33,067 nucleotides of DNA from Octopus bimaculoides (GCF_001194135.2 NC_068995.1:46452642-46485708), one strand, 5' to 3'; positions 11,508 to 23,068 are shown, numbered from the stretch's first letter. Notes: a model not told the origin generated them from the letters alone. Translations and numbers: made by a program.

Positions 11508-11510
<3 letters not shown>
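11430..11510 (+). mobile_element. SINE-A 3' part (remainder in gap), ending in (ATT)n
   Basis: CACTGGAGTCGACGTAATCGATTATCCCCCTCCC...GGCCTTGTGCTTCCAGTAGAAAGGACTATTATT matches the SINE-A 3' end. Confidence 0.7.
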
Positions 11511-11546
<36 letters not shown>

Positions 11547-11547
11547 T

Positions 11548-11582
11548 AAAAGTACGGTGGCAAGCTGGTAGAATCGTTAGCA
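11548..11582 (+). mobile_element. SINE-A head fragment
   Basis: AAAGTACGGTGGCAAGCTGGTAGAATCGTTAGCA matches the first ~35 nt of the other SINE-A copies. Confidence 0.5.
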
Positions 11583-11604
11583 TTACTATGTGTCTACGTG
11601 TGTC

Positions 11605-11738
11605 AAGGTGCAAGGATTAGTGGTTTAGTGTATTTGGCTCTCGATCGTAAGGTGGTAAGTTTGACTCTCGGCGGCGTTTTGTCCTTGAGAAATACAACTT
11701 ATTTCGCATTGCTTCCACTCAACTAGACAAAAATTAGT
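11605..11738 (+). mobile_element. SINE-B (tRNA-like head + CORE-like GTCCTTGAG segment), degenerate
   Basis: Head AAGGATTAGTGGTTTAGTG...GTTTGACTC followed by TTGTCCTTGAGAAATACAACTTATTTCGCATTGC; related to 15376-15636 and 18480-18739 (reverse). Confidence 0.55.
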
Positions 11739-12334
11739 TCAACGTTGTCATACCGTTTCCGATGCTGACGAGTATACTAATGGTACCATTAGCAAGAGAT
11801 TCATCTATTATTGCGAGATGAACGAAAGGCAAAATTCACCAAGTACGACAAAAAAAGAACGAAGTCAACGAATTTATATGTACCACATATTATAGGTGTG
11901 AAAATAACTATCATAGATTAAATTTATCCCTGCATATAATAGCTACACGCAAATGGCTTATATTTTATTGTTACAGGAGGGGCAGAATGCGAAAATAAAA
12001 ATAAAAACGCTGAAGGGGATTCGAAAGCAGAAGGACAAAGTTTGAATAAATACAGCAATTGATTTTGTCAGACACAGTACAAGGTATTCTTCCTTTCTTT
12101 TTCTTTTTCTTTTTTTCTTTGTCAACCTACTGCCCTAGTTGTGAGGTAATCACTTCTGGTTAAGTAATCTATTAGTGACGTCACACAGAAGCAATATTTA
12201 ACTGACACCGTAGATAGACGGGAAGTAAAAACGTACAATAATTTAGTATTAATTTCATCAACCAGAAAATTCTAACACATTTAATTTGATGGGAAGCTCT
12301 GTCGACTGCACCATACATGAAAAATTACTTCAGC

Positions 12335-12687
12335 AGACACACACACACACGTTATATACATAACACACATACATACACATAAATATATATATATATATAC
12401 ATATATATGTGCGTGTGTGCGTGCACACACACGCACACACACACCCACACACATACATATTCTATATGTGAGGATGTTTGTTTATGTTCGGGTCAATATG
12501 TATGTGTGCATACACTTATGCATATGAGAAGAAATCATTTTATTTGTCTCACTGGTTTTCTCTCATTTTCTGTTTCAATCTATTTTCCGTCTCTTCCTTT
12601 CTCACATTACTTACTCTCTCGCTCACCATTTTGCTTCCCCTCTTCTTTCTCTTTGTTATACATATAAAAATAAAAAATATACGTATA

Positions 12688-12743
<56 letters not shown>

Positions 12744-12901
12744 TACATACATACGTACGTACATACATGCATACATACATACATACATANNNNNNNNNNN
12801 NNNNNNNNNNNNNNNNNNNNNNNNNNNNNNNNNNNNNNNNNNNNNNNNNNNNNNNNNNNNNNNNNNNNNNNNNNNNNNNNNNNNNNNNNNNNNNNNNNNN
12901 N

Positions 12902-12942
<41 letters not shown>

Positions 12943-13070
12943 CTATATAATATATATACTATATGATATATATAGTTTATATATATGTATATGTATGTGT
13001 GTGTGTATATATATATATATATATTATGTAATTATATATACACATATCTGTTTGTATTTGTATATGTATG

Positions 13071-13112
<42 letters not shown>

Positions 13113-13153
13113 GATAGATAGATGATAGATAGATAGATAGATAGGTAAATAGA

Positions 13154-13189
<36 letters not shown>

Positions 13190-13200
13190 TATACTTATAC
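12335..13200. repeat. (CA)n/(CATA)n/(TA)n/(GATA)n field with gap 12790-12901
   Basis: Directly visible. Confidence 0.9.
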
Positions 13201-13679
13201 ACTAACATTCAAAAAATATACAAGCTATCAAAAAGAACAGAAATAATCGTCATCCGATGAAAAAAAAGAAACAAAAAAAATCAAAAACCAAAAACAAACA
13301 ATAAAAAAACAACCAACACCACCGAATTGGAAGACGTATTTTTGGCCGATCCTTGAGAAAATTTGTCTGGGACACGACGAACGTAAGGCGACATTTTCAT
13401 GACTATAATGTCAGAGGTAGAAAAAGGCGTATAGCCAGCCCCACAGAATCCAAACCTTAACAAGTTTGACAACATAACTTCCTCCCTCACATTTGTATTT
13501 TTCCTTCTTTCTTTTTTTTTCCTTCCTCTTTTGTTTTGTTGTTGTTTTTGATGTTTTTGTTGCGTTAGTTTCGTGCATAAAAAGGAAAGGGAGACAATTA
13601 TATAAGCGTTAAAATGCAAAGGGCAGAAACCTTTCACATATTTTGTATCACTTTCTCCCTATCTTTCTGTCTGCCAATG

Positions 13680-13743
13680 TCTTTGTATCTCTCTGTCTTT
13701 ATCTCTCTATCTGTCTGTCCGCCTGTCTGTCTGTCTGTCTGCC

Positions 13744-13779
<36 letters not shown>

Positions 13780-13800
13780 GCTATCTGTCTGGGCATCTCA
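13680..13800. repeat. (GTCT)n microsatellite
   Basis: Directly visible. Confidence 0.9.
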
Positions 13801-14224
13801 TTCTCTCATCTCTGTCTCTCTACGTAACTATCTTCTTTTTTTGTTTTTCCGTCTAGTTCAAAATATATAACCTTACTAAATTTTGCTTTTTTCCTCTTTC
13901 GCCGACTGTTCCCAGAAATTTGGATGGAAAGGCAAAATATTAAATAGCGAAAAAAGAGAGCGAGAGGTACATATAGAAAGAGAGACAGAGAGATGTAGAT
14001 ATTTAGAAAGATAAAGACTGAAAGAAAGAAAGAGAGAAAGAAAGAAGGAAGGAAAGAAAGAAAGAATGAAAGTGAGGATAGACGAGATTTTGGAAAGAAA
14101 GAGTGCTCTGTTCCATAAACATAAAGATATTCTTAGGCGTATTTGAGGAATTTTGGTTAGTTTATATGAATATATCGTATGATATGGTCGAAGCTTTGAA
14201 GCTTTGAAGCCAACAACGGCATTG

Positions 14225-14820
14225 GTGTTGTAGTGGTGGCGATGATAACGATGAAGACGATGACGACGACGATGATGGCAATGATGATGATGACGATGAC
14301 GACGACGACGATGACGACGACAACGATGATGATTATGGCAATGCTGGTAAAGTTGTGATATTGATGGCGTGTTGATGAAAATTATGACTAATTTCAAGGC
14401 GGCGTGCTGGCAGAAACGTGAGCACGCCGGCCGAAGTGTTTAGCGGTATTTCGTCTGCCGTTACGTTCTGAGTTCAAATTCCACCGAGCTCGACTTTGCC
14501 TTTCATGCTTTCGTGGTCGATTAAATAAGTATCAGTTACGCACTGGGGTCGATATAATCGACTTAATCCCTTCGTCTGTCCTTGCATGTCCCCTCTATGT
14601 TTAGGCCCCCTGTGGGCAATAATGAAATAGATATCATACGATGATGGTGACGATAGTGATGATGATAATAATGATAATGATGAAGGTGACGACGACGACG
14701 ACGACGACGACGATGATGATGATTTCGACGATGATGACAACAACGATGGTGGTGTTGTTGTTGATGATTTTAGAGATGAGGAGTAACGATAATGAGGATG
14801 CTGGCGATAATGAATATAAT
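14225..14820. repeat. (GAT/GAC)n tracts flanking the SINE-A at 14398-14630
   Basis: Directly visible on both sides of the SINE. Confidence 0.85.
14398..14630 (+). mobile_element. SINE-A full-length copy, tail beta
   Basis: GGCGGCGTGCTGGCAGAAACGTGAGCACGCCGG...GAGTTCAAATTCCACCGAG...GTCGATATAATCGACTTAATCCC...TGTGGGCAATAATGAAATAG; close match to 4823-5050 (reverse). Confidence 0.88.
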
Positions 14821-15375
14821 TAGGAAAAGGAGAAAGTTGTTGCAAATATTTTTCTGCAACCATTGCTCAAAACTGACCGTGATGACTTCTATGGTATGCG
14901 AAGTCAAACGTAGAACTGGAATATGATCCCGAGTTCCAAATACATTTGACCCTTGTCTGATTTAAGACCACGTTGAATATACGTCTTGTTGAAGCTCACA
15001 CAGCAGCTCTGTCGACGATATCTCTGTCTACACGCAGTACCTCATTCTAGGAGAAGGCTACACAGTACTTATGCTTCCTTAATGACTAAACTGTACTTCT
15101 GTCTTATTACAGCACACTATACTTTTGTCTAAAAGCCACAGCGTACCTCTATCTAATTGAAGAACACTGTGTACCTCTGTTTTATGAAAGACAACATTGT
15201 ACCTTTACTTTTGCAAAGGCAACATTGTGCATTGGTCTTTTTAAAGATCACACTGTACTTTATCTAATTAAAGAGCAAATAATTTAACTCTGTTTGATTA
15301 ATTAATTAATTTAATTAAAGATTGTATGTATGGCTCCTTAAAGACCACACTGTGTGTCTGTTTATGTAAAGAACC

Positions 15376-15633
15376 CTGTGATCACGTGGTGTCATGACTG
15401 ATCAGACTATCATTGTTGCTATACATCGTTGGTCACAATACGCTTTGTATCGTTTTAGACTTCGAATGACGCCGCCCCACTGACCAGGCGAGCAGGTCAA
15501 TTTTACCCCTGATCGAAAGGGAGAACGTGAAATGAAGTGTTTTTCTCAAGAACTCAACCGAGGCCCGGTCTGAGAATCGGAGCCATGATCTAACGATCGT
15601 GAGTGCAACAGCCTAAACAATTGGCCACACGTC

Positions 15634-15636
<3 letters not shown>
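15376..15636 (-). mobile_element. SINE-B copy
   Basis: Reverse complement starts GAAGACGTGTGGCCAATTGTTTAGGCTGTTGCACTCACGATCG (tRNA-like), then TTCTTGAGAAAAACACTTCATTTCAC; shares GACTGATCAGA and the head with 18480-18739. Confidence 0.65.
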
Positions 15637-15669
<33 letters not shown>

Positions 15670-15951
15670 CATGCATATGTTTGTATATGTATATAATGTA
15701 TGAATATGCTTTTCGTCGATGAATATCAGATTATATCGGTGCCAAAATCGAAAAGCAAGTCATTTACGAAAGAAGTCCCTTGAGATAGTTGTTCCTCATC
15801 GAGTTCTATACCTCTTCGTTCTTGCTCTTTAAAAAGAATAACACTGTATTTCTGTCTAATTAAAGACCACACTGTAATTGTTTAACGCACTGACTAATTA
15901 GAGACTATACTGAACGGCTGACTAATTAAAGAATACCTTATACCTGATAAG

Positions 15952-16248
15952 GTAGAGGCGCAATGGCCCAGTGGTTAGGGCAGTGGACTCGCGGTCGGAG
16001 GATCGCGGTTTCGTTTCCCAGACCGTGCGTTGTGTGTGTTTATTAAGCAAAAACGCCTAAAGCTCCACGAGGCTCCAGCAGGGGGTGGTGCCGACCCCTT
16101 TCACCCCAACTTTCACTCTTTCTTCCTGTTTCTTGAGTTAAGCTGCGATGGACTGGGGTAGGGGGACACATACGCCATAGAAACCGAGAAACCGGGCCCA
16201 TGGGCATGGCTAAGCTTTAAAAGGGCGCATAAATAAAAAAAATAAAAA
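15952..16248 (+). mobile_element. SINE-C, full-length tRNA-headed SINE with A-rich tail and 12-bp TSD
   Basis: A-box TGGCCCAGTGG, B-box-like GGTTTCGTTTCC, tail AAATAAAAAAAATAAAAA; flanked by ATACCTGATAAG (15940-15951) and ATACCTGAGAAG (16249-16260), 11/12 identical. Confidence 0.85.
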
Positions 16249-16959
16249 ATACCTGAGAAGAGACCATTTTATGTCTGCCTCACAAAAGGTTACGTTGTAC
16301 CACTTCCTTAATAATTACACTCGTATCTCCGTTCAATTAACACCTGTCTCAAAACACTCTGTTTAATAAAAAAAAACAGTAAAAGAAAAAAATGCCACAC
16401 TGTATCACCCTGCAATTAAATACTACTTCGTCTCATAATTAAAACCACAATCTGCACTGATCGATCTAATATATTGTTTTAGACGTTAATCTTGTTTTCT
16501 CTGTATTGGTCTAATATGAATACAAAATGGCCATAGTCTATGTGTGTCATTTTATATTTCCTCACTGTGTCTTACATGTGTGCTCTGAACGATGGCTAAA
16601 TGTTGAAGCATTTTTGTCTTCTCTGTAGATCTGGTCTGTTTATATAAGTTTATAATTGCAACGGTTTCTAATATTTGATAGGTTTAGTTTTGTTGATAAG
16701 ACGGGAGATAGCGATTGTGTTAGGTGCTACTTTTTGTCCGTTTGGCGCCAAGTTTCTAGGTTGTTGATATCGTAGTTGTACAGCTATATCTGGGGAACGG
16801 TGGGAGGAAATAAATAACTGTGACAGCTGGCTATTACGGATATGAAATACCGATCGTATACAGAATTCTTAAAAACAGTAAGATCTTTGTGGCATACGTT
16901 CGGTAAATTAGGAAATTCTAGATAAGTTGTGATACATTTTATAGAAATGACATTTGTAT

Positions 16960-17028
16960 GAGATGGCTTGCAGTGATACCGAGCCCGTGACCTCGAGTTT
17001 GCAAGGTGAACATCTTAACCACATACTA
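16960..17028 (-). mobile_element. Possible SINE-E-like tRNA head fragment
   Basis: Reverse complement TAGTATGTGGTTAAGATGTTCACCTTGCAAACTCGAGGTCACGGGCTCGGTATCACTGC has degenerate A- and B-box spacing. Confidence 0.35.
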
Positions 17029-17974
17029 GAACGTTGGGTCTATCCATATATTGAGTAATATAGGTGCACGGAAACTCTATGGAAGCCTCTTGGGTTAGTT
17101 TAACTGCAATTCAAATTGTCCAGGCTTGTCATATTCTGTCTCATGTTGATACTTGCTTGAGAGTTATTTTGAGGGCACAAAAATGTCTGGAATATTCAGC
17201 CACATACATGTTAATTCAGGAGCAGGTAATTTGGCTGAATACACAACTGAATACTCATCGTCGAACGACAGAGATCCATCATAATCATATGACAATGTAT
17301 TGATAATTTGAAAGGTAATTTATTAAAGAATATTTAGGGTCTTGTGTTGTTGTTTAATACCAGGATGGCTCTGAATGTTACCTTGCCACGCAGCGAGGTT
17401 CCACCGACGAAAGACAGAACGAAACATTAAAAATAAAAATGCTAAAATGAAAAATGAAAAATAATAAAGTAAAAATAAAAAATAAAAATGAAAACAATTA
17501 AAGATTTAAGAACATGAACTTTTATGCATAAACATAAATAAACAATACATTTACATTTGTAATAATGAAAGAAAAAACAATTCCTTGTTATCAGTTTTTA
17601 AAAATAATATCCGGTTCTTGTTTGACAAAATATAAAACATGCAGGTTATCTTTTGTCTATGTCTTCGTTCAATGTACACACTTAATCAGTAGAAAGCGCC
17701 AGTTTTCGGGTTAAATTCTAGTTCTTTTATGTTCTGTTCCAGTTTTTGTTTTCGATCCATTAGGTCAGATCAGGGCCAATGGTCGTAGAATTATCATCAT
17801 ATTTCAAAAGAAAAAAATAAAAACAAAAAATGTCGTTCAATAATATTACAATGGAATCTATCAGCACCAACTCATCTATATGTTACAAGTTTCTTTCTTC
17901 TATCGGTTCTAAGAATTTCTCGTACAAAGAAAAGTATTAGTTACTATGCTTTTGTTTAATAATGGTCAATATAA

Positions 17975-18164
17975 ATATTGATTTGAAATTTTGGTACAAG
18001 GCCAGCAATTTCGCGGGGGAGAGGTAAGTCGATTACCTCGACCCCCAGTACTCGATTGGTACTTATTTTATCGACCCCGAAAAGATAAAAAGCAAAGTCG
18101 ATCTTTGGAGAATTTGAACTCAGAACGTGAAGCCAGACAAAATACCACTAGGCATTTCGCCCGG
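17975..18164 (-). mobile_element. SINE-A copy, 5'-truncated, tail gamma
   Basis: Reverse complement has CCGGGCGAAATGCCTAGTGGTATTTTGTCTG...GAGTTCAAATTC...GTCGAGGTAATCGACTTACC...AAATTGCTGGCCTTGTACCAAAATTTCAAA. Confidence 0.82.
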
Positions 18165-18180
18165 TACAAAACACCACCAC

Positions 18181-18323
18181 ATATATACGTCATCTTTCAG
18201 TTTCAACTCACAAGGGTTTGGTCGGCCCGAAGCTATACTAGAAGACACTTTCCGACGGTTCCACGCAGTGAGACTGAAAACGGGATCATGTGATTGTGAA
18301 GCACACTTCCTACCACACAGCCA
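18181..18323 (-). mobile_element. SINE-E 5' part, diverged
   Basis: TCTTTCAGTTTC...CACAAGGGTTTGGTCGGCCCGAAGCTATACTAGAAGACACTT...CCACGCAGTGAGACTGAA...TACCACACAGCCA parallels 29150-29295. Confidence 0.7.
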
Positions 18324-18479
18324 AACATATTCCAAGGATAACGTGTCGTAACAGAACGTCAAAGTGGAAATTTCACCGACAAAATATTTGTCTTTGTTCG
18401 ATCAAATGATTCTCTGTTGGATTTGTATGTATGTATGTGTGTGTGTGTGTGTGATGTTAGTCCAAGAGAGACGGTTCTG

Positions 18480-18739
18480 CAATTTCTTCTTAAACGACCT
18501 GCTCAAATGATTCGTTTATTGTGACCAAATGTATGCGCTGTACATTATAGCTCGTGCTTTCCATCAAATCCACGTTGACTGATCAGATTGACCGGGTACC
18601 ATATGTGGGGTGTGGAAGTGATCGCAGAGATATGTGAGATGAAATATTTAACTCAAGAAAGAGCAAGACGCGCCACCCGGTTCAAGTATTGAAACCACGA
18701 GCTCACGATCTCGAGAGCAAAACTAGGCCATGCAGCCTC
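18480..18739 (-). mobile_element. SINE-B copy, diverged (left boundary approximate)
   Basis: Reverse complement GAGGCTGCATGGCCTAG...CGAGATCGTGAGCTCGTGGTTTCAATAC...TTCTTGAGTTAAATATTTCATCTCAC; same architecture as 15376-15636. Confidence 0.55.
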
Positions 18740-18816
<77 letters not shown>

Positions 18817-19432
18817 NNNNNNNNNNNNNNNNNNNNNNNNNNNNNNNNNNNNNNNNNNNNNNNNNNNNNNNNNNNNNNNNNNNNNNNNNNNNNNNNNNNN
18901 NNNNNNNNNNNNNNNNNNNNNNNNNNNNNNNNNNNNNNNNNNNNNNNNNNNNNNNNNNNNNNNNNNNNNNNNNNNNNNNNNNNNNNNNNNNNNNNNNNNN
19001 NNNNNNNNNNNNNNNNNNNNNNNNNNNNNNNNNNNNNNNNNNNNNNNNNNNNNNNNNNNNNNNNNNNNNNNNNNNNNNNNNNNNNNNNNNNNNNNNNNNN
19101 NNNNNNNNNNNNNNNNNNNNNNNNNNNNNNNNNNNNNNNNNNNNNNNNNNNNNNNNNNNNNNNNNNNNNNNNNNNNNNNNNNNNNNNNNNNNNNNNNNNN
19201 NNNNNNNNNNNNNNNNNNNNNNNNNNNNNNNNNNNNNNNNNNNNNNNNNNNNNNNNNNNNNNNNNNNNNNNNNNNNNNNNNNNNNNNNNNNNNNNNNNNN
19301 TTAAATGTTGAAGTGAAACTGACGGCTTTTGTGTATTATTTTAAATGGCCTATAAACACCTTCCACGCTGCAATTGTTTTCGTTCCAGCACAAGATCTCA
19401 GATCAGGTCACTTGCTATGCAAGTACATCTCC

Positions 19433-19467
<35 letters not shown>

Positions 19468-19569
19468 TATGATGCACGTGTAGTAGGAAGAAGGTCCAGG
19501 GAGAGCTGCACAGCAGGTCCTCAGAATATAGTGTATGCTTCTATAAATGTATAAATACTTGCATGTATG

Positions 19570-19600
<31 letters not shown>

Positions 19601-20151
19601 GTATGTGTGTATGTGTGTGTGGTTGTGTATGTTTGTATTTATGTATGTGTGTATGTTTGTATGAATGTACGTATGTAAGTATGTTTGTGTGCATATATAT
19701 AAGACAATTTGGTGTGTGTAAGTCGTAAGCGGTATTCATGTATATATACACGTGTCGTCTACATTTATAGAGACCCCCAAATCTAGGCCCCTCCTCCCTG
19801 TTGTATTTCTTAACAAAAATAATTTTATAAGATAAGAAAAAGTAAACCAAAACAGTAATAAAATGCATCCCCCCCATTCGAAAATAGACGTTAAATATAT
19901 AAAAAAATATAATCTAAAAAAGAAATGCACAAGAGGACAACTGCAGCAATAACAACAATGAAAACGACAGTAAGAACAACAACAAGAGCAACAACAGAAC
20001 CATTTGATACATTAAAGCTATTGGTAATAATACTACTATTAATAACAATTAGGAAATGAAGCAAAAATATAGATAAGAACGGAATAAATACAGCGAGGAA
20101 AACTAAGAATAACAATGAGAATGCAACCAGAGGCTATAAACCACGGTTCAT

Positions 20152-20209
<58 letters not shown>

Positions 20210-20612
20210 NNNNNNNNNNNNNNNNNNNNNNNNNNNNNNNNNNNNNNNNNNNNNNNNNNNNNNNNNNNNNNNNNNNNNNNNNNNNNNNNNNNNNNNNNNN
20301 NNNNNNNNNNNNNNNNNNNNNNNNNNNNNNNNNNNNNNNNNNNNNNNNNNNNNNNNNNNNNNNNNNNNNNNNNNNNNNNNNNNNNNNNNNNNNNNNNNNN
20401 NNNNNNNNNNNNNNNNNNNNNNNNNNNNNNNNNNNNNNNNNNNNNNNNNNNNNNNNNNNNNNNNNNNNNNNNNNNNNNNNNNNNNNNNNNNNNNNNNNNN
20501 NNNNNNNNNNNNNNNNNNNNNNNNNNNNNNNNNNNNNNNNNNNNNNNNNNNNNNNNNNNNNNNNNNNNNNNNNNNNNNNNNNNNNNNNNNNNNNNNNNNN
20601 NNNNNNNNNNNN
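18740..20612. repeat. (TATC)n, (TA)n, (GTAT)n and (GT)n tracts with gaps 18817-19300 and 20210-20612
   Basis: Directly visible; interspersed with short unique stretches. Confidence 0.85.
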
Positions 20613-20648
20613 CTGTTATTTTAGTCTTGTTCTACCAGCGTGATCTAT

Positions 20649-20857
20649 GAGCTGGCAGAAACGTTAGCAAGCCGGGCGAAATGCTTAGCGGTATTTCGTC
20701 TGTCTTTACGTTCTGAGTTCAAATTCCGCCGAGGTAGACTTTCATCTTTTCGACTTCGATAAATTAAGTACCAGTTGCGTATTGGTGTCGATCTAATCGA
20801 CTGGCCCCCTCCCCCAAAATTTCGGGCCTTGTGCCTATAGTACAAAAGATTATATTT
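20649..20857 (+). mobile_element. SINE-A near full-length copy, tail alpha
   Basis: GAGCTGGCAGAAACGTTAGCAAGCCGGGCGAAATGCTTAGCGGTATTTCG...GAGTTCAAATTCCGCCGAGG...GTCGATCTAATCGACTGGCCCCCTCCCCCAAAATTTCGGGCCTTGTGCC. Confidence 0.9.
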
Positions 20858-20860
20858 AAG

Positions 20861-20937
20861 AAGGTGGCGAACTGGCAGAAACGTTAGCACGTCGGGCGAA
20901 ATGCTTATTGGTATTTCGTCTGTTTTACGTTCTGAGT
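20861..20937 (+). mobile_element. SINE-A head, 3'-truncated, in tandem with the preceding copy
   Basis: AAGGTGGCGAACTGGCAGAAACGTTAGCACGTCGGGCGAAATGCTTATTGGTATTTCGTCTG...TTCTGAGT; stops at the B-box. Confidence 0.85.
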
Positions 20938-21484
20938 ATATGCATATATACGTACAGGTGTGTGCATACCTACGTCTACCTGTATATATAGGTGCATATC
21001 TGGGTACAGGACATTGCAAACAAAACGTAGACAAAAAATAACGAGAGTACAGAACACACAGAGGCCACATAGAGAACATTTTCCTTCATCAGCTACCCCC
21101 GTTGTAACACAGGCGTTTCGAAGAGTAGGGCAGGACGCATCGTTAAAATGGCTCTTCCCATGGATCACAAATTAAATTTGTATACATAAATTATACTGTA
21201 CCATGGAGGAATGTAGTGGCGAACAGAAAACAAGTCAGGAAAACAAACGGAAAAGAAAACAAGACAAGAAATCAAGCGGAAAATGCTATACGGCCAGACG
21301 TGAAAAATCATGTGTATTTGGAACGCTGTGAAGCAATGAACAGGAAGCGGGATGAAGTAGTTCGCGTGTTTGCTTGGTGATAGCCAAGGAAGAAAAGAAT
21401 TAGTAACTGGACACAAGTGACCACGAGGGGCAAGGAAGAGAGAAATATAGTAGTAACAGAAGGAAGAACGAGAGGGGGAAAAAG

Positions 21485-21539
21485 TTATATATGTATATAT
21501 ATGCATTTATATGCCTGCATGTTTGTTTGTGTATGTATG

Positions 21540-21581
<42 letters not shown>

Positions 21582-22211
21582 TACTTTTGTTATTTACACC
21601 ACCTGTCCTCGTCTGTTGTTATTTTTTGTATATTCTCCCATATATATACATATACACACATGCAAGTGTATGTGTACGTGTGATCTTGTGTGCATCTATA
21701 TACATATATAATTACATGTAATATATACATATTCATGTATGTGTGCACTTGTATACCTACCTACCTACCTACCTACTTATATACATATATATTATATATA
21801 TTATATANNNNNNNNNNNNNNNNNNNNNNNNNNNNNNNNNNNNNNNNNNNNNNNNNNNNNNNNNNNNNNNNNNNNNNNNNNNNNNNNNNNNNNNNNNNNN
21901 NNNNNNNNNNNNNNNNNNNNNNNNNNNNNNNNNNNNNNNNNNNNNNNNNNNNNNNNNNNNNNNNNNNNNNNNNNNNNNNNNNNNNNNNNNNNNNNNNNNN
22001 NNNNNNNNNNNNNNNNNNNNNNNNNNNNNNNNNNNNNNNNNNNNNNNNNNCTATGCGTGTGTCTGTGTATATTTGTGTGTGTGTGTGCGTGTGTGTGTGT
22101 GTGTGTGTTGGCGCGTGCGTAGGTCTGTCTTTGTCTGTAACTCTGTGTGTCTGTCTGTCTGTCAGTCTTTGTCTAATTACTTCCCTCAGACATTGTAGTT
22201 AAATCTAGGAA

Positions 22212-22267
<56 letters not shown>

Positions 22268-22520
22268 AATGATGATGATGATGAGGATGACAATTATGAT
22301 GATGATGGCAATGAAGATACATACGCATTCTCTCACTGTCTCTCTTTTACACATACACACACACACACACACTCTCTCTCTCTCTTACACACACACACGT
22401 ATAAATCTGTATACACACACACACAGACACATACACACACACGAATACACCGATACACACACGCGTATACATTTATGCACGCACAAACACAAGTATACAT
22501 CTATACACATACACACATTT
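21485..22520. repeat. (TA)n/(GT)n/(GAT)n/(CA)n field with gap 21808-22050
   Basis: Directly visible; includes (GAT)n at 22211-22285. Confidence 0.9.
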
Positions 22521-22790
22521 ATTAGGGTAATGTTTATGATGATGTTGGTGTCAATAACAGTTATGTACAGAACAATATCGATTGGTTCGATATGTACCTG
22601 ATCAGAAGAAAACTTCAACAAGAAAAAAAATCAACTCAGTGGAGCGATATTTTAACGGACAGTTTCGAAGGATGCAGCGGATTTCATGCCCTTCTCAGAG
22701 TCTTTTGCGCTTTATTTAAAATTTGCATTGCTCCTTGTTTGGAAAGTCTTGCATTTTCGTCTATGTTGATAACAACAACGACAATGACTC

Positions 22791-22962
22791 CAGTTCTATA
22801 TTTAAGAGATGAGCAATTATGTACATTATTTACATTTGACAGATATTTGTTCTCATCTTATTTGTTGTTAACACAACGTTTCGGCTGATGTACCCTCGAG
22901 GCTTCATCAGGTGTCTTGGGGAAATTTCGAACTTGGGTTCTCATTCCTAAGGTATTTTTCGA

Positions 22963-23005
<43 letters not shown>

Positions 23006-23066
23006 GGAATCGAACTCGGAATCTTGAGGTTAGTAGTCTTCACTCTTAACCATTACGCCACCTGCC
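22791..23066 (-). mobile_element. SINE-D: tRNA-like head, internal (AAT)n, Penelope-pLTR-like tail
   Basis: Reverse complement GGCAGGTGGCGTAATGGTTAAGAGTGAAGACTACTAACCTCAAGATTCCGAGTTCGATTCC (A-box TGGCGTAATGG, B-box GAGTTCGATTCC), then (AAT)n, then AACATCGAAAAATACC...GACACCTGATGAAG...CCGAAACGTTGTG. Left boundary approximate. Confidence 0.75.
22870..22915 (-). ncRNA. Minimal type-I hammerhead-ribozyme-like motif (degenerate stem II)
   Basis: Reverse complement: GACAC-CTGATGA-AGCCTCGAGGGTACATCAGCC-GAA-ACGT-T-GTGTT. Stem I is GACAC/GTGTT, the core is intact, stem III is the palindrome ACGT, stem II is broken by mismatches, and N17 is U. Confidence 0.5.
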
Positions 23067-23068
23067 CA

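Larger units (their letters stand above)
14990..16460. repeat. Degenerate ~28-bp minisatellite interrupted by SINE-B, SINE-C and a CA tract
   Basis: Recurring unit close to CACACTGTACCTCTGTCTAATTAAAGAC, for example ACACTGTATTTCTGTCTAATTAAAGACCAC at 15841 and CACTGTACTTTATCTAATTAAAGAG near 15251; visible at about 14990-15375, 15835-15950 and 16250-16460. Confidence 0.6.

Noticed and set aside
13323-13460. Short + frame RIGRRIFGRSLRKFVWDTTNVRRHFHDYNVRGRKRRIA with a GTAAGG donor-like site
   Set aside because: No upstream acceptor or start context (A-rich flank) and no recognised homology.
16540-16800. Possible Penelope remnant (CTGAACGA...GAAGC; minus peptide QLRYQQPRNL)
   Set aside because: The hammerhead core is wrong and the peptide similarity is too short to support a call.
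17064-17303. 79-aa ORF with possible AG/GT boundaries (17063-17225)
   Set aside because: Weak acceptor and no recognisable protein motif.
23006-23066. Functional tRNA gene (apparent ACT anticodon) at the SINE-D head
   Set aside because: No acceptor-stem 3' strand or complete cloverleaf; it continues directly into (AAT)n and the SINE body. The same applies to the other SINE heads.
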